DNA of 64,000 nucleotides, taken from positions 139,066,001 through 139,130,000 of the forward strand of contig OX597818.1 in assembly GCA_951406725.2 (NCBI GenBank), read 5' to 3'. Source of the DNA: Octopus vulgaris. Lineage: Eukaryota. The translations under genes were made by a program, and so were the position numbers. Below are positions 12,653 to 27,007 of the stretch, in pieces; position 1 is the first letter of the stretch; the number at the start of each line of letters is the position of its first letter. Under the pieces are notes generated by a model. That model saw only the letters and a list, made by a program, of their open reading frames with translations. It made no database searches and was not told the DNA's origin.

Positions 12653-13735
12653 CCGCGAGTGTCGCGTTGCTCTCAAGCAACTCTGCCGTCCTGGGTCGAC
12701 CTTAAGTGACTTCAACACAACCAAAGCATTCTATAGGGGTTTAGTGGAGGGGAGGTACGACGACGAGCTCGGGGCGAACCTGGACGTCGACGAGGAGTAC
12801 CTGACCCGCCTGTTCAGGACGACTTTCGGGCCAGGGCCCATGGACAACTTCCAGAGATCCCTGGCCTGGCAGTGCTACCGAGAAGCGCTACCCGTTCGGG
12901 ATAAGCTCTACAGACACGGCTCGAGAAACACGGGGCCGACCTGCCCGAGATGCGGTCAGAGCGACGAAACCGTTCTGCACGCACTCGTTCAGTGTCCAAC
13001 AATTTCCGACCTGTGGGCTTATGTCGAACAACTGCTGTCACGTGTGGGACGAGTCGGTTTATCAGCTGAGTCTATCGTCAATATTGTCACGCCTCCTTCC
13101 TTCAAACGGGAAGGAAGAGCTATTTTCATCATCCTTGTGGCTATGGCGAAAGAATGTATCTGGTGGACGCGTCTGAAAGGATTGGAGACAAACACTTTCC
13201 TCTCTGGTCAATCTCTCATCAACTTCTTCAAGTACCACTTGAAAAGGAAAGTGAGAGTAGAGAGGCAAGTTTTGTCTAGCGAATGTTTTAAAAAAAGATG
13301 GGTGAATGTAGCAAGAATGGCACGTATGAATGACGAAGCCACCTTGAGCATAGTCCTATGAACCCAGAAATCGAAAACAGAGAGTTGCTTATTTGCAAAA
13401 AAAAAAAAAAAAAAAAAAAGAAATATAAAATGTGACTTCATTGACCGAGGTTACCGTGGTCTTTTCCGTAGGCTTTTCTTTCCACGGGTAAACCTCACCT
13501 GTCCTCCCCTTTACACTTCATATTGACATTTCTGTGATAACGATCCCTATTGATCAATTTTTTTTCCTCTCCCCCTTTTTTTTAACCCCCCTTTTTTTTG
13601 TCCTCTTTCTCTCCTTTTACGATCCCTTTTGATCGAAACTCCCCTTCCTTTTTTTTTTATAAACCTTCAAAAGAAAAGCTCTACCTTGTAATTTGTTCTA
13701 TCTGTGTGCAGCCCTGTGTGGCTAATAAAGAAACA
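12653..13735 (+). mobile_element. 5'-truncated Tx1/L1-group LINE (ORF2 C-terminus plus 3' UTR)
   Basis: Frame is open from 12654 to the stop at 13361, with the zf-RVT-type motif LPVRDKL...[19 protein letters not shown]. Pyrimidine-rich 3' UTR ends AATAAAGAAACA. (TATC)n on both sides. Confidence 0.88.
12654..13361 (+). CDS. LINE ORF2 C-terminal fragment with RT-associated zinc-binding domain (5'-truncated, no true start)
   Basis: The 205-aa track ORF extends upstream in frame ([10 protein letters not shown]...) to the microsatellite junction with no stops. Confidence 0.7.
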   Translation, partial: RECRVALKQLCRPGSTLSDFNTTKAFYRGLVEGRYDDELGANLDVDEEYLTRLFRTTFGPGPMDNFQRSLAWQCYREALPVRDKLYRHGSRNTGPTCPRCGQSDETVLHALVQCPTISDLWAYVEQLLSRVGRVGLSAESIVNIVTPPSFKREGRAIFIILVAMAKECIWWTRLKGLETNTFLSGQSLINFFKYHLKRKVRVERQVLSSECFKKRWVNVARMARMNDEATLSIVL

Positions 13736-13846
<111 letters not shown>

Positions 13847-13855
13847 TTATCTATA

Positions 13856-13912
<57 letters not shown>

Positions 13913-14184
13913 GTCTTTTCCGTAGGCTTTTATTTACACGGGTAAACCTCACCTGTCCTCCCCTTTATACTTCATATTGACATTTCTGTGATAACGATCC
14001 CCATTGATCAATTTCCCCCGCCTTTTTTTTTCTAATTTTATCCCCCCCTTTTTTGTTCCCTTTCTTTTCTTTTACGATCCCTTTTGATCGAAAACCAAAC
14101 CCCCCTTTTTTACCCCCAAATGAAAAGCTCTACCTTGTAATTTGTCCTGTCTGTGTGCAGCCCTGTGTGGCTAATAAAGAAACA
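13913..14184 (+). mobile_element. Second, shorter 3'-UTR-only copy of the same Tx1-like LINE
   Basis: Diverged match to ~13459-13735 (GTCTTTTCCGTAGGC...GCTAATAAAGAAACA), again bounded by TATC units. Confidence 0.88.
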
Positions 14185-15949
14185 TATCTACGTACCTATC
14201 TATCTGTATAGATAGTAGATAGACAGATATATATATATGTGTGTGTGTGTGTGTGTCTGTGTGTGTGTGTTATATGTGTGTATGCGTGTGATGTGTGTGT
14301 GGAGAGAGCGCAAGCGGGTGAGAGAGAGAAAGAGGGCGAGAGCGAAAATACGGGAAGTACAAACTACACCTTATGTTTTGCATAATAATATTTGGCATGG
14401 CATTTCTACGTACAAGAAACATGCCATATACACATGCGAGTACTCGCAGTGAACTTCACATCTGCTTTGTTTGGTTGTTTATAAAATTAAAAAGTGATTT
14501 ATAGTTAGACAAATATATATACTAATTTACCTTTTTATACATTAAGTTGTAACCAACTTTGAAACTGGAGACTTATGCAGAAGTATTTTGAAAACAATTT
14601 TCAATGAAGCCCGAATAATTTTCCGTTTTGAGGATTTACGTTGAACAATTGCCCCAAGTTTTGAAAATACCTCCCATACAAGATTAGTATATATTTGGGT
14701 GTTACATATATAGGATGAATATTTCATTCACGTGTCTAATGCCAGTTCTGCCTTTTTGTACTTATCGGCACATGTCCTGCTTTCAAAAATATTTTCATTT
14801 GAAATAAATTACTGTCATTAGAACCACCCGATATGTTTTGCTTTTAAATTCTTTAAGATTTTTTTGTTTTTGTAACCTAGTTACAGTAAAAAATCTGGCT
14901 TACAAAGTTCAGACTTTCGACTGAGACACTAATTTTCCTTTTGTGCAATGAGAGTAGCACACGAGGAAATATCTAAGGAAACTATATCTGAAAATATCTA
15001 GGACTATTAACATCCATTTATCAGATAGATATAGCATTGTATATATGGCACCGCATGCATGTATACATATATATATACATACATGTTTTGCAGACATACA
15101 AATATACATACACGGACATACACAAACTAACTCACTCTCACAAACACTCACAGTCATACACACACACACACATACATACACAATCTGGATGCTCTCCAAA
15201 GCTCCTCGCCGGGTATCAGCTGCTACCAAATGTTATTATACAGCAGGACTTCTGTAACTGGATATACATGTGGAAATCCGCAAATATCCGTAGAATTTAA
15301 GAAAAAAAAATTTAATACGAGATGACCGTTTGAGCAGGTTTTATTGCTTTTTGCTACAATGAACGTTGTTCAATCGATCTTCCCGTATTAGAATATATAT
15401 ATTATTGTTTTTTGTTTTTTTATATCTGTCCCTTTTGCTGTCCTGGTGTTCGTATGCATTCGATCCTTCTTCCAGGAAATCTACGCTTCCAGCTTAGTTT
15501 TTCTAATGCTCGTTGCTTAGTTTTTCTTGGAGGGCTGGCCGTGATCTAGTAATCTCAAGATTAATCAGCCGAAATTACTACGATGATCCGGTTCTTGACT
15601 GAAGACTGAGGGTTTCGAATGTCCTGTCCGTGTTTATTGTATCGTCTTCTAAGAGTTATACGTTCTTGTCCATGTTGTATTTTTCTACATACCTTAATAT
15701 ATATATATATAAATGCATATACATACACACATACGCACACACACAAACACATAGACTGACACATTACTTAGGTAGTTAGGGTAAATCCCAGCTGTTTCTT
15801 CTTGAAACGCATATACATATTCCATTATTATAATCCAATATGTAGTCTTGCTACGATATGTAAGTCAAAATACATATTGAAATTGAGAATTATGAAAGTA
15901 TTACTTGCAGAGTTGTATAACAAAACAGGAAATTGGAAATTTGTTTGAT

Positions 15950-16132
15950 ATTATTTTCCCACCTTAACACGTGTTTCATTTGCTAATAGGAATTACAAAG
16001 TGTTGCATGTTAGATAGACATGTAAGGAATTTCTGAAATATTTCTATTGGGAATTCCTTACATGTCTATCTAATATATAAAACATAGTAATTCTTATTAG
16101 GAAATGGAACACCTGTAACGGTGGATAAATAA
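15950..16132. repeat. Imperfect inverted repeat
   Basis: Inner arms TTAGATAGACATGTAAGGAATT / AATTCCTTACATGTCTATCTAA are perfect, with degenerate outward extension. Confidence 0.85.
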
Positions 16133-16158
16133 TGAATAACTAATATCAAAAAAATTTC

Positions 16159-16497
16159 ACGGCCGTTTCAGACGACTCCATTTAATTGACCAATGCAAAC
16201 ATTACATCAATTTGAAATATACCCCTTTCCTCGGATGCATAAGACCACATAAGTTTTCAGCATACAGGATGCTTCATTACAATTTACATGCTTCTTGCTT
16301 TTATTGCTACAATAAAAGCAACAAGAATGTAATTCTTTTATTCTGAAGCTCTCATGAAAAATTTACCCCAAATATTATAATGGAGTATCTGTATGTTGAA
16401 AACCTTTATGATCTTATGCATCCGAGGAAGGCGGTGTATTTCAAATTGATGTAATGCTTGCATTGCTCGATTAAATGGAGCCGCCCGAAACGGCCGT
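16159..16497. repeat. Imperfect inverted repeat with ~125-bp arms
   Basis: ACGGCCGTTTC...CATTACATCAATTTGAAATA...TTCCTCGGATGCATAAGA is mirrored by TCTTATGCATCCGAGGAA...TATTTCAAATTGATGTAATG...GAAACGGCCGT. Confidence 0.88.
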
Positions 16498-17807
16498 AAT
16501 GCACTAATACCTGGACATCCTTGTTACGATTTCGATAAAATTACTTCTGATGACGTAACATAATAGGTACATACAATTAGCGTTCAGATTGACTTGTTGT
16601 CTAAATTTTAATTTGAACATCAGGTAAAATAGGAGGAATGTTATACTTGCTTCCTGAAGATTGACTAAAAGCAGTGTTTCAATTGAGCAGGTAAGTGTAT
16701 AATAGAATAAAAGGATTAACAGGTAAACAACTGGTATCAGGTCAGTTTATGGCATATTTAAATATGAGGTTAAAATTGATTGTTACATGAATATAGACCA
16801 AAAAAATTTGATAAAAAAACAGTTGAAGAATGTTCATAATTGTTATAGTACATTATAATAATCTACCGGAACCGTTATACGGTAAGTTCGAATTATTGGT
16901 GTCAGAAAAGGTAGAATCCAAAGCTGGATGAGAAGAAAAGAGGAAGGAAGGAAGGAAGGAAGGTGTCCCGAAAGTCTTTTACAGCTGTTTCAAGAATAGA
17001 CGCGCAAATGGTGCATTTCTTTCAAGCAATTGGCAGCGAATATATTAGTTGCGATCTGTTCAATCATCGTTTGTATGGAAATGTATGCAGTTAGATATTA
17101 TAGATATGTGAATGTCGATGTCTCATTAGTACTCGTTAACGTGTGATAGAGCTAAGAAAACGTTCAATTTAATGTAATATGTCTGTCATGAGCGCGAGAA
17201 CTCACAAGGCAAGAACTCAACTCGGCTTCTTCGGCGTATAAGGGACTGAAATTACAACATTGCCCTTGAACGAAACGCTGGTTCATCGCAGGCTTAACCT
17301 CCTGGCTATTGCTGGAACTCATTTACTGTTGAATGAAAACACGAAATGAAGTGTTTTGCCCAATAACACAATACATCTACTTGTCAGGAATTCGAAACCT
17401 CAATCTCACAATCGTGAGTGCGACATTTTAACCACTAGGTTATGCACTTTCATAATTTAATATGTAGCCCTTTCTTAACAAAATCGATCACATCATAACG
17501 TTAATCTATCTATATTTATTCATCGACAGATGTTAGTATGCATATATTACAATTATAATGGATCGTTCTGTTAGTCCTCTTGCATTTCATTCATGAAAGA
17601 CAGAACATCGTACTACTATAAGTTTTGAAACTTCTCTTTCCCCATTGATGATCGTATATGTAGTACATGAAACATTGAAACGTAAGTTTCATGATACATA
17701 TATATATTTTAAATATCTGTGTATATAGAGTATGTTGCCTTTCGTATATTTAGATGCTTAACTGTACACCAGCTCCAAAGTTGACAGTTTCGTCTGGAAT
17801 TGCTCCT

Positions 17808-17966
<159 letters not shown>

Positions 17967-18731
17967 GACTGCCTGTCTGTCTGTCTGACTGAATGTCTCT
18001 CTGTCCGTCCGTCCGTCCGTCCGTCTGTCTCTCCTCGCTGCTTTTTCAACTCTTTACCCTATTCTGAAGTAGGGGCAATGACCGAAACGTCATACCAGTT
18101 AACACTTTCCATTTTTCTGAGTGTCAAGATAATAATTTTGAATTCGAACTTATGTTATTTAGTGCATTTTGTTTTTGTTCTTCGCCTTAAATATGCGTGT
18201 GTGTGTGTGTGTGTGCGTGTGTGTGTATCTGTGTGTGTCTGTGTGTATGTATGTGTGTATGTGCGTGCGTGCGAATTTGGTTCGTGGGTATGGCGTTAAC
18301 CGAAACACACATACACATACACGCACAAACACACGTACACTTATAGATACCCTTATATATGTATACATATGTATACACAAACACTCACACCCGCAAGTAC
18401 ATACACATGCAGAGCAACTCACAACTGACTTTAGTACAAATGCATTTACACTCCCCGTCTCCATCCTAAGACATTCCTATCTCAGACGCCAGGCAGTTCA
18501 AACATGCTAGTCACGTGACAGCCAGTGGAGTTAATGACCCAAACGAATACACACATTTGAGAATAGTATCGTTGTCTTTGAGGATCCGAATGAAACATCT
18601 TGGAGCTGACTTCACTGATAAATTCTTCAAATTAATAACACGTGTACGCATTGTACAAGCGCTTTCATAGCCGGCTCTACATAAATACACGTACATATGA
18701 ACGCTCTACACCACACTCGCACACTTCATGT

Positions 18732-18831
18732 NNNNNNNNNNNNNNNNNNNNNNNNNNNNNNNNNNNNNNNNNNNNNNNNNNNNNNNNNNNNNNNNNNNNN
18801 NNNNNNNNNNNNNNNNNNNNNNNNNNNNNNN
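18732..18831. other. Assembly gap (100 N)
   Basis: Run of n. Confidence 1.
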
Positions 18832-18976
18832 TATTCTCCTTGTCAATGTTTATAAATATCATGTGTGCGTGAACTACTCAATATACACGTGTGTTTGAAA
18901 AGTTTAACGACAAAAGTACTTACAAACAATATACACATATACACGCGCCCCCACAAATACACATATATATGCATGC

Positions 18977-19030
<54 letters not shown>

Positions 19031-19105
19031 AAATATTAGGGAATAAATCCTAACTTACAGGGAAAAATCAGATTTAGGATTGAATCTAATTTTATAGTAA
19101 AATAT

Positions 19106-19295
19106 TATATTATATTAAATTAGAGATAAAACCACTATTAGGCAAATCATACAATGACAAACTTAAGCCAATACATAAGATTAATTAATTTATATTATTT
19201 TAAATATTTAAAATAATATAAATTAATTAATCTTATGTATTGGCTTAAGTTTGTCATTGTATGATTTGCCTAATAGTGGTTTTATCTCTAATTTA

Positions 19296-19305
<10 letters not shown>
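19106..19305. repeat. Spacer-less ~200-bp palindrome
   Basis: Centre TAAAT|ATTTA at 19205/19206; arms match throughout by eye. Confidence 0.92.
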
Positions 19306-19347
<42 letters not shown>

Positions 19348-19520
19348 ACCAAGTAAGTTAGGAGTTGTGGATCCAACCCACTAAGGGATAATACTTATCC
19401 AATATACTGTTGGTATGATACCCAAATTATTAATACACAAGTGTTTTTAATTGCCATGTAATTAACTTACTTATTGTATCAAATGGGTGAAGGTAAAGAA
19501 ATATTTTACCATTAATTTAT

Positions 19521-19642
19521 ATTACAAATAAGAAAATGGAGAAGCAATTTAGTTGGTTTATCAGCTTTTGGATATTAGAATGTTGATTTGTTTATTTATA
19601 AAGCTGATAACCAACTAAATTGTTTCTCCATTTTCTTATTTG

Positions 19643-19646
<4 letters not shown>
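19521..19646. repeat. Inverted repeat with ~47-bp arms ending at (TA)n
   Basis: TTACAAATAAGAAAATGGAGAAGCAATTTAGTTGGTT / AACCAACTAAATTGTTTCTCCATTTTCTTATTTGTAA. Confidence 0.88.
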
Positions 19647-19707
<61 letters not shown>

Positions 19708-20073
19708 GACAAAAATGAAGCGAAATGTTTTCTGACGAACCGTTTCACGGATTGTTGATTCCCCCTCAGTGAAGGCGTAGCTAACTCGTATACACACACA
19801 CACACAGATATATATGTATGTATATTTATGTACGTGCGTGTGCATCTATACGTATCACCAATGACTGATGTTACTTCCCTATTACGGCTTCGTACCACAA
19901 CTTCAACAGTGCAAGAAAACCCGGTGAATCATAGATGCTCTCTTCACACACTTTTTTTTTCCTTTCGAAGTAAATTCAAAAAAAAAAAATCTCCGCTTCC
20001 ACTTATATTTCCCCCCCCTCGCCACGCTTTTTAACTCCTAGAGATGACAATCTCATTTTCCGCTTACTTTTAG

Positions 20074-20184
20074 CAATGAGGCGAATTTAGCCACAAGTAC
20101 GGCGAAAATGGAGGGAAACCCCGCAGATTCTAAAGTGTCAGAACAATCCGCTCGAGACGACGTGTATCTAGCGGCAAGAGGATG
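20074..20184 (+). CDS. Candidate coding exon of an unidentified host gene
   Basis: Acceptor TTTTCCGCTTACTTTTAG, 111 nt (symmetric phase 2), open frame NEANLATSTAKMEGNPADSKVSEQSARDDVYLAARG, donor G|GTAATT. GC is higher than the flanks; no homolog recognised. Confidence 0.35.
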
Positions 20185-20464
20185 GTAATTAAACCCAAGA
20201 GGCTGTCCTTAGCTTACTTCCGCTGTTAAATAACAAGTCCCGTTTTTAATGTTTCGGAACCAATTGTGAAATGTCCTCTCCTATGAATAAATGTCTTTGA
20301 CATACACTACACAATTTCTTCAGCTTGTCTTTGTTAAAAATCCTTCATACGATTTTGTTCTTTTGGTACTCGTAAATAAATATCATTTTTGATGCGTTCT
20401 TCTAGAACCACCATATTATTGAAGGATTCGATAAAAAAGCAAAAGTAGAAGTGCGATCATACAT

Positions 20465-20855
20465 AGGCGCAGGCGTGGCTGTGTGGTAAGAAGCTTGCTT
20501 CCCAGCTACATATTACTGGGTTCAGTCCCACTGCGTGAAAACTTGGCCAAGTGTCTTTTACTATAGCCTCAGGTGGACCAAATTCTTCTGAGTGGATTTG
20601 GTAGGCGGAAACTGAAAGAATCTCGTCACACACACACACACATATTCGTATGTTGTGTCTGTGTTTGTCCTCCTACCATCACTTGACAACCGATGTTGGA
20701 GCGTTTATGTCCCCGTAACTTAGCAGTTCAGCAAAATAAACCGATAGAATAAGTACTAGGCTTAGTAAGAATAGATCCTGGGGTCGATTTGTTCGGCTAA
20801 AACCCTTTAAAGTAGTGCTCCAGCATGGCTGAAATAAGTAAAAGAATAAAAGAAT
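20465..20855 (+). mobile_element. SINE family B, diverged, plus orientation
   Basis: AGGCGCAGGCGTGGCTGTGTGGTAAG head through GTGCTCCAGCATGGC...AGTAAAAGAATAAAAGAA tail. Confidence 0.85.
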
Positions 20856-21304
20856 AATAAAATATAAAAAATAATTATGTTATTAATGTGTTCCTTCCTT
20901 TTTAAGAAAATAAAGCTAGATTTCTTAGTAGATTTGCTTGCTATTTCTAGCAGATTGTGAACTTAGTATGCAAGCTTAGTATAACAGAGATTTACTCTAA
21001 CATGTGGTTTACTGTTTTACTGTTTTACACCCAAATTGACTTAACCAGCAACGTTATAAGGTGTTTTGGCCATAAACACAATACAACGACAGTACCAAGA
21101 GACGAACCTTCGAACTTTCGGTCCGTAAAGTTCAACACCTTATCGACACTTGGTGCACTGCAGTTATATTCGATTAGTCAGTGATTGTATGTCAACAAGA
21201 GGTCAAACACTGTATTTACTTGATCGATAAGCTGTGTCCGTATATATTTGAATATATATCGAACAGTTGTTGATCTGGGTGTTTTTATTGTGGTCTTGTT
21301 CTTA

Positions 21305-21350
<46 letters not shown>

Positions 21351-21452
21351 GAGTGTTCATCATCATCATGGTTCTTCTTCTTCTTCTTCTTCTTCTTCTT
21401 CTTCTTCTTGATCATTACGAGGGATCTCTCACCTAATAAATATATATTATAA

Positions 21453-21489
<37 letters not shown>

Positions 21490-21708
21490 TATATGTATAT
21501 ATATATATATACATATATATTGGTATATCTATCTATATGTTTGTATATTAATATACAAACTCACACATATGTATATGTATATATATGTGTGTCCGCATAT
21601 AAATATATATATATATGCGAATATTTTTGCATATATATCTGCATATATATGCTTATATATATATGTATGCAAATTGTTTGAGTATATACTTATATGCATG
21701 CATATATA

Positions 21709-21740
<32 letters not shown>

Positions 21741-21787
21741 CACACAAACATACATGTATATATATATATATATATACACATACATAC

Positions 21788-21834
<47 letters not shown>

Positions 21835-22249
21835 ATGTGTGTATATATATATATAATATATATACACATACACGTGTATGTGTGTGTGTTGGGGGGGGGG
21901 GGGTGATACGTGTGCACATATTATTCATCACTAGATCTTTATGATGGTTGAAGTTCGGTGCTGCTGATGGTGGTGTTTCATGAAAGCATCGGTGGAGATG
22001 AGAAAGATAGAAGTCGCTGGTGACTGAGAGATAATTACAGGCAAACAAGAATAGTAAAAACCAAGATGGCAGTATATAATTTAGAAACGGCGCTAAGCTT
22101 TTACAGGAAGAAAATTAGTGACCAGAAGGTCCGGAGGCGGGCCGAGCGGGGAGGAGGGAGGTCACGAGCGGGCATACCTAAACCTAATAATTGACAGCAA
22201 GCTTACATAGAAGTCATTGTTTTTCTTCGAGGTGACGGTGATTCTGGTG

Positions 22250-23125
<876 letters not shown>

Positions 23126-23791
23126 TTGGTACTGGTGCTACTGTTGCAATCTTCACCATGGCTATTGCAATCAACCTGATGGAACCTCTGCGTCGGTCGC
23201 TCTCATGCTGGAAATAGTAGCCGAATCTCAGTGTTAAAAATGCAAGGACATTGGTTTATGTAGCGTCAGATATGCTATGTCTGATAAATTAAAAGTGGTA
23301 TAGGAATGTTGAAGCGCTTTTGGCAATCGATATGCATAATCTTGTGAGATGAGAATACTTCCATTAGCGATGTTGACCGTGGTGGGTTTTGATAGTGCTG
23401 GTGATTGCGGTAGAGTGTGGGCACTTGCGGATTTATTGGTGATTTTAGGCAATCAATCGTAAAGGGAGGTTTAGTCGATTACATCGACTCCAGTATTTAA
23501 TGGGTACTTTATTTCATTGATCCCAAAAGGATGAAAGGCACAATAGACCTCGGCGGTATTTGATCTCAGAACGTAAAGAACAAGTGGTGGACTGAGTAAT
23601 TGTGTTGTTGTTGTTGGTTTTAGGTAAGCAATTTTAAAAGAAGGAACAAGTCGATTTGATCGACCCTAATACTTGGCTGGTACCTTATCTTAACGATCCC
23701 AAAAGAATGCAAGGCAGAATAGACCTCAATGGTACTTGAGCTCCGAACGTAAGGAAATGGTGGTGGAACGGGTGCTTGTGGAGGATTACAA

Positions 23792-24047
23792 GTAAGTTCA
23801 CCGCTATCGATTTATCGCAGGGAAAGTTCAACGCCATCAATTCACCGTGAAGAAAGTTCACCATGAGGAGAGTTCACCGAGTGGAAACTTTACCGAGAAA
23901 ATATATCCATAGTATCTCACCATTAATTGTTACAAAACTATTTTGTTAACAAAAAAAAAAAAGGTAAATTAATGACGGTGAACTTTCCCTACGGTGAATT
24001 GGAGACGTTGAAGTTCCCTTGCTGTGAATTGATGACGGTAAACTTAC
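23792..24047. mobile_element. MITE/foldback-like element with inverted arrays of a short subterminal motif
   Basis: Left end GTAAGTTCACCG with repeated AAGTTCACC; right end with repeated CGGTGAA(C/T)T finishing CGGTAAACTTAC; AT-rich centre. Confidence 0.65.
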
Positions 24048-24289
24048 CGGATATATTTGTGGAGTTACTGTTAGTGGTAGCTGTTGGTGACAGTGGTGAA
24101 GATAGTAATATATTGATGGTGTTAATTGTGTTGGTGCTGGTAGTATTAAGGTGATGGTTGTAACATTGGGGTACTGGCAGTGGTTACAATATCGGGGTAC
24201 TGGTTGTAATATTAGGGTACTGACGGTAATGATGGTTGTTTTGTTGTTGGTAATGGTGGTATGGCTGGTAGAAAAAGGACAAGAAATAC

Positions 24290-24520
24290 TTATTTCATTA
24301 TTGCCCACAAGGGGCTAAACATAGAGGGGACAAACAAGGACAGACAAAGGGATGAAGTCGATTACATCAACCCCAGTACGTAACTGGTACTTTATCGACC
24401 CTGAAAGGATGAAAGGCAAAGTCGACCTCGGTGGAATTTGAACTCAGAACGTAACGGCAGACGAAATACCGGTAAGGATTTCGTCCGGCGCGCTAACGAC
24501 TCTGCCAGCTCGCTGCCTTC
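24290..24520 (-). mobile_element. SINE family C (long-tail variant)
   Basis: GAAAGGATGAAAGGCAAAGTCGACCTCGG core; the tail matches the plus-strand copy at ~60575-60750. Confidence 0.8.
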
Positions 24521-25603
24521 AAGAAATTCTGGCATGCGATCAACGGAACAATCTGCTCGTGAAGTTAACGTGCAAGTGGCCGAGCACTCCACAGACACGC
24601 ATACCCATAACGTAGTAGTAGTGGTGGTAATTGGAGTGGTGTTGGTACTGCTAGTGGTAATGATGGTTACAGTGGTAGTAGTAGTGGTCATGAGGGCAAA
24701 TGTCCTAGTGGTTAGGGTCTTGCATTCACAATTGAGAGATCATGGTTTCAATTCTTGGACCGAGTGGTGCGTTGTGTTCTTGAATAGAACACTTCATCTC
24801 ACGCTGCTCTCTGTCACTTCGACACCTGACATGAGGTAAACTGTGCACCTGTTCAGGGTACTTGGCTCAAAATCATAAGGTCCTCAGTTCGAAAACCGGC
24901 GACGCGTTGTGTCCTTGAGCAAGACACTTTATTTCACATTGTTCCCATCTACTCAGCTGGCAAAAATGAGTAGTAACCGTATTTAAAAAGGGCCAGCATT
25001 GTCACACTCTGTGTTAAGCTGAATCTCTCTGAGAACTACGTCAAGGGTAAACGTGTCTGTGGAGTGCTCAGTCATTTGCACGTTAATTTTCACGAGCAGG
25101 CTGTTCCGTTGATCGGATCAGGTAAAATCCCCGTCGTCGAAACCGACGGAGTGCCAGCTATGGATGGTAGTAATGTAGCGGCGGTGGTGGTTGTGGTGGA
25201 AATGTTGCTGGTGGTGGAGGAGGCAGTAGTAGTGGTAATAGCATAAACTGGTAGTGGTGGTGCTAGTAGTAAGACTGTTAGCGTAGTAGCGGTAGCGGTA
25301 GCGGTGATGTGAATGCATTGGTGTTAAGACACAAGAGTTGAATGTAAGATGTTTAGCTTTCCTGTAGATTTTCTTCCTTGTTAAAATATAAGAAGTCCAA
25401 TAATATCTTCAGAACATCCCCTTAGCTTTGGTCTTTTGCTCTAGAAATGCTCGTAAAAACGCGGAAACACAAACGTACACACATACATAGGTACACGCAT
25501 GGAAAAATACACACACACAGATACACGTTTGTGCGTATATATATATATATATATATCCTTGTATATGTATGTATATATGCATACATACATGCACACACAC
25601 ATA

Positions 25604-25663
<60 letters not shown>

Positions 25664-25825
25664 CATATACATTGCAATGTATACGTATGTAGATATGGCT
25701 CCATATATAAATATTTGAATATACTGTATATGTGTATATACATATGTGTACTTATATATATATATATATTTACACACACATGAATATGAATATATATATA
25801 TATGAAATATATGATATATATGATA

Positions 25826-25874
<49 letters not shown>

Positions 25875-26242
25875 TTATGTATGTGTATACTCACAGACAC
25901 TGACATACACACACACACATACATACAGAGGTAATCCTCGTGACCAACATACATACAATACATAGTGATATACACAACATCAGATATTCTCGTGTACAGT
26001 AAAGTTCAATAAAATGTGTTTGTGAATATTTTTCTCCCTATAATTTTCTCAACCTCACACAAGTTAAAGTCGCACCAAGGGAATGTTCTTTGTATACATT
26101 CTTTGTATAGCTGTAAAAAAAAAAACAAATCAAAGAATACAAAACCCCCCAAACCTTTTATTCATCAACTAAGAATTACATAGACTGGCTTTACACCCCC
26201 ACAAACACTCACACACATATATAAGTATACGTACGTACGTAC

Positions 26243-26283
<41 letters not shown>

Positions 26284-26482
26284 AATATGTATATAAATAT
26301 GTATATATATATGTATATGTACGTATAGAACGTATATATATTATATATAATATATATATGTCTATAAAGCATATACATAACATGCATATTATATATATGT
26401 ATATATATTTATATATATACTTTATATATATATATAGAGAGATAAACATACATGTATTTTCATAGATACGTGCACACGCACA

Positions 26483-26521
<39 letters not shown>

Positions 26522-26526
26522 ACATA

Positions 26527-26567
<41 letters not shown>

Positions 26568-26689
26568 GCGTACATGCACACACATTCGTGTATTTGTATA
26601 AAAGCTGATACATTCGGTAGACAATGTCGAAAAAGAATAACGTCAATAACAATACGACGACAGTAAACACTACCAGCACCATCAGCACC

Positions 26690-26721
<32 letters not shown>

Positions 26722-27007
26722 CAACAATAACAACAGCAGCAGCGGCAGCTTCAACAATGATAAGACCAATACACGACCAAACGGTATGCAATCAAAGATG
26801 GCTTAAGTATTCCAATTACTTCACTTGGTCTCTCCAATTAAATCAAGATTTATTCTGTTGGTATCAAGAAATACAAGAAAATTGCACTATGTAGTTGTCT
26901 GTTCAAAACAGTTCAAAATATCAGTTGCTGTATATCCTGCCTTTGTCTCTATCTACCTACATATGCATGGTATGTTTGTATATACATATATATATATATA
27001 TATATAT

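Noticed and set aside
15525-15615. GGCTG...CAGCC-GAAA hairpin near CTGAAGA as a hammerhead (similar case at ~35060-35150 minus)
   Set aside because: The core is not canonical in type I order, and the stems do not close in type II order.
22100-22200. Possible next exon after TTTTACAG ([14 protein letters not shown]...)
   Set aside because: No convincing donor, a short frame ending in a stop, and no recognisable homology.
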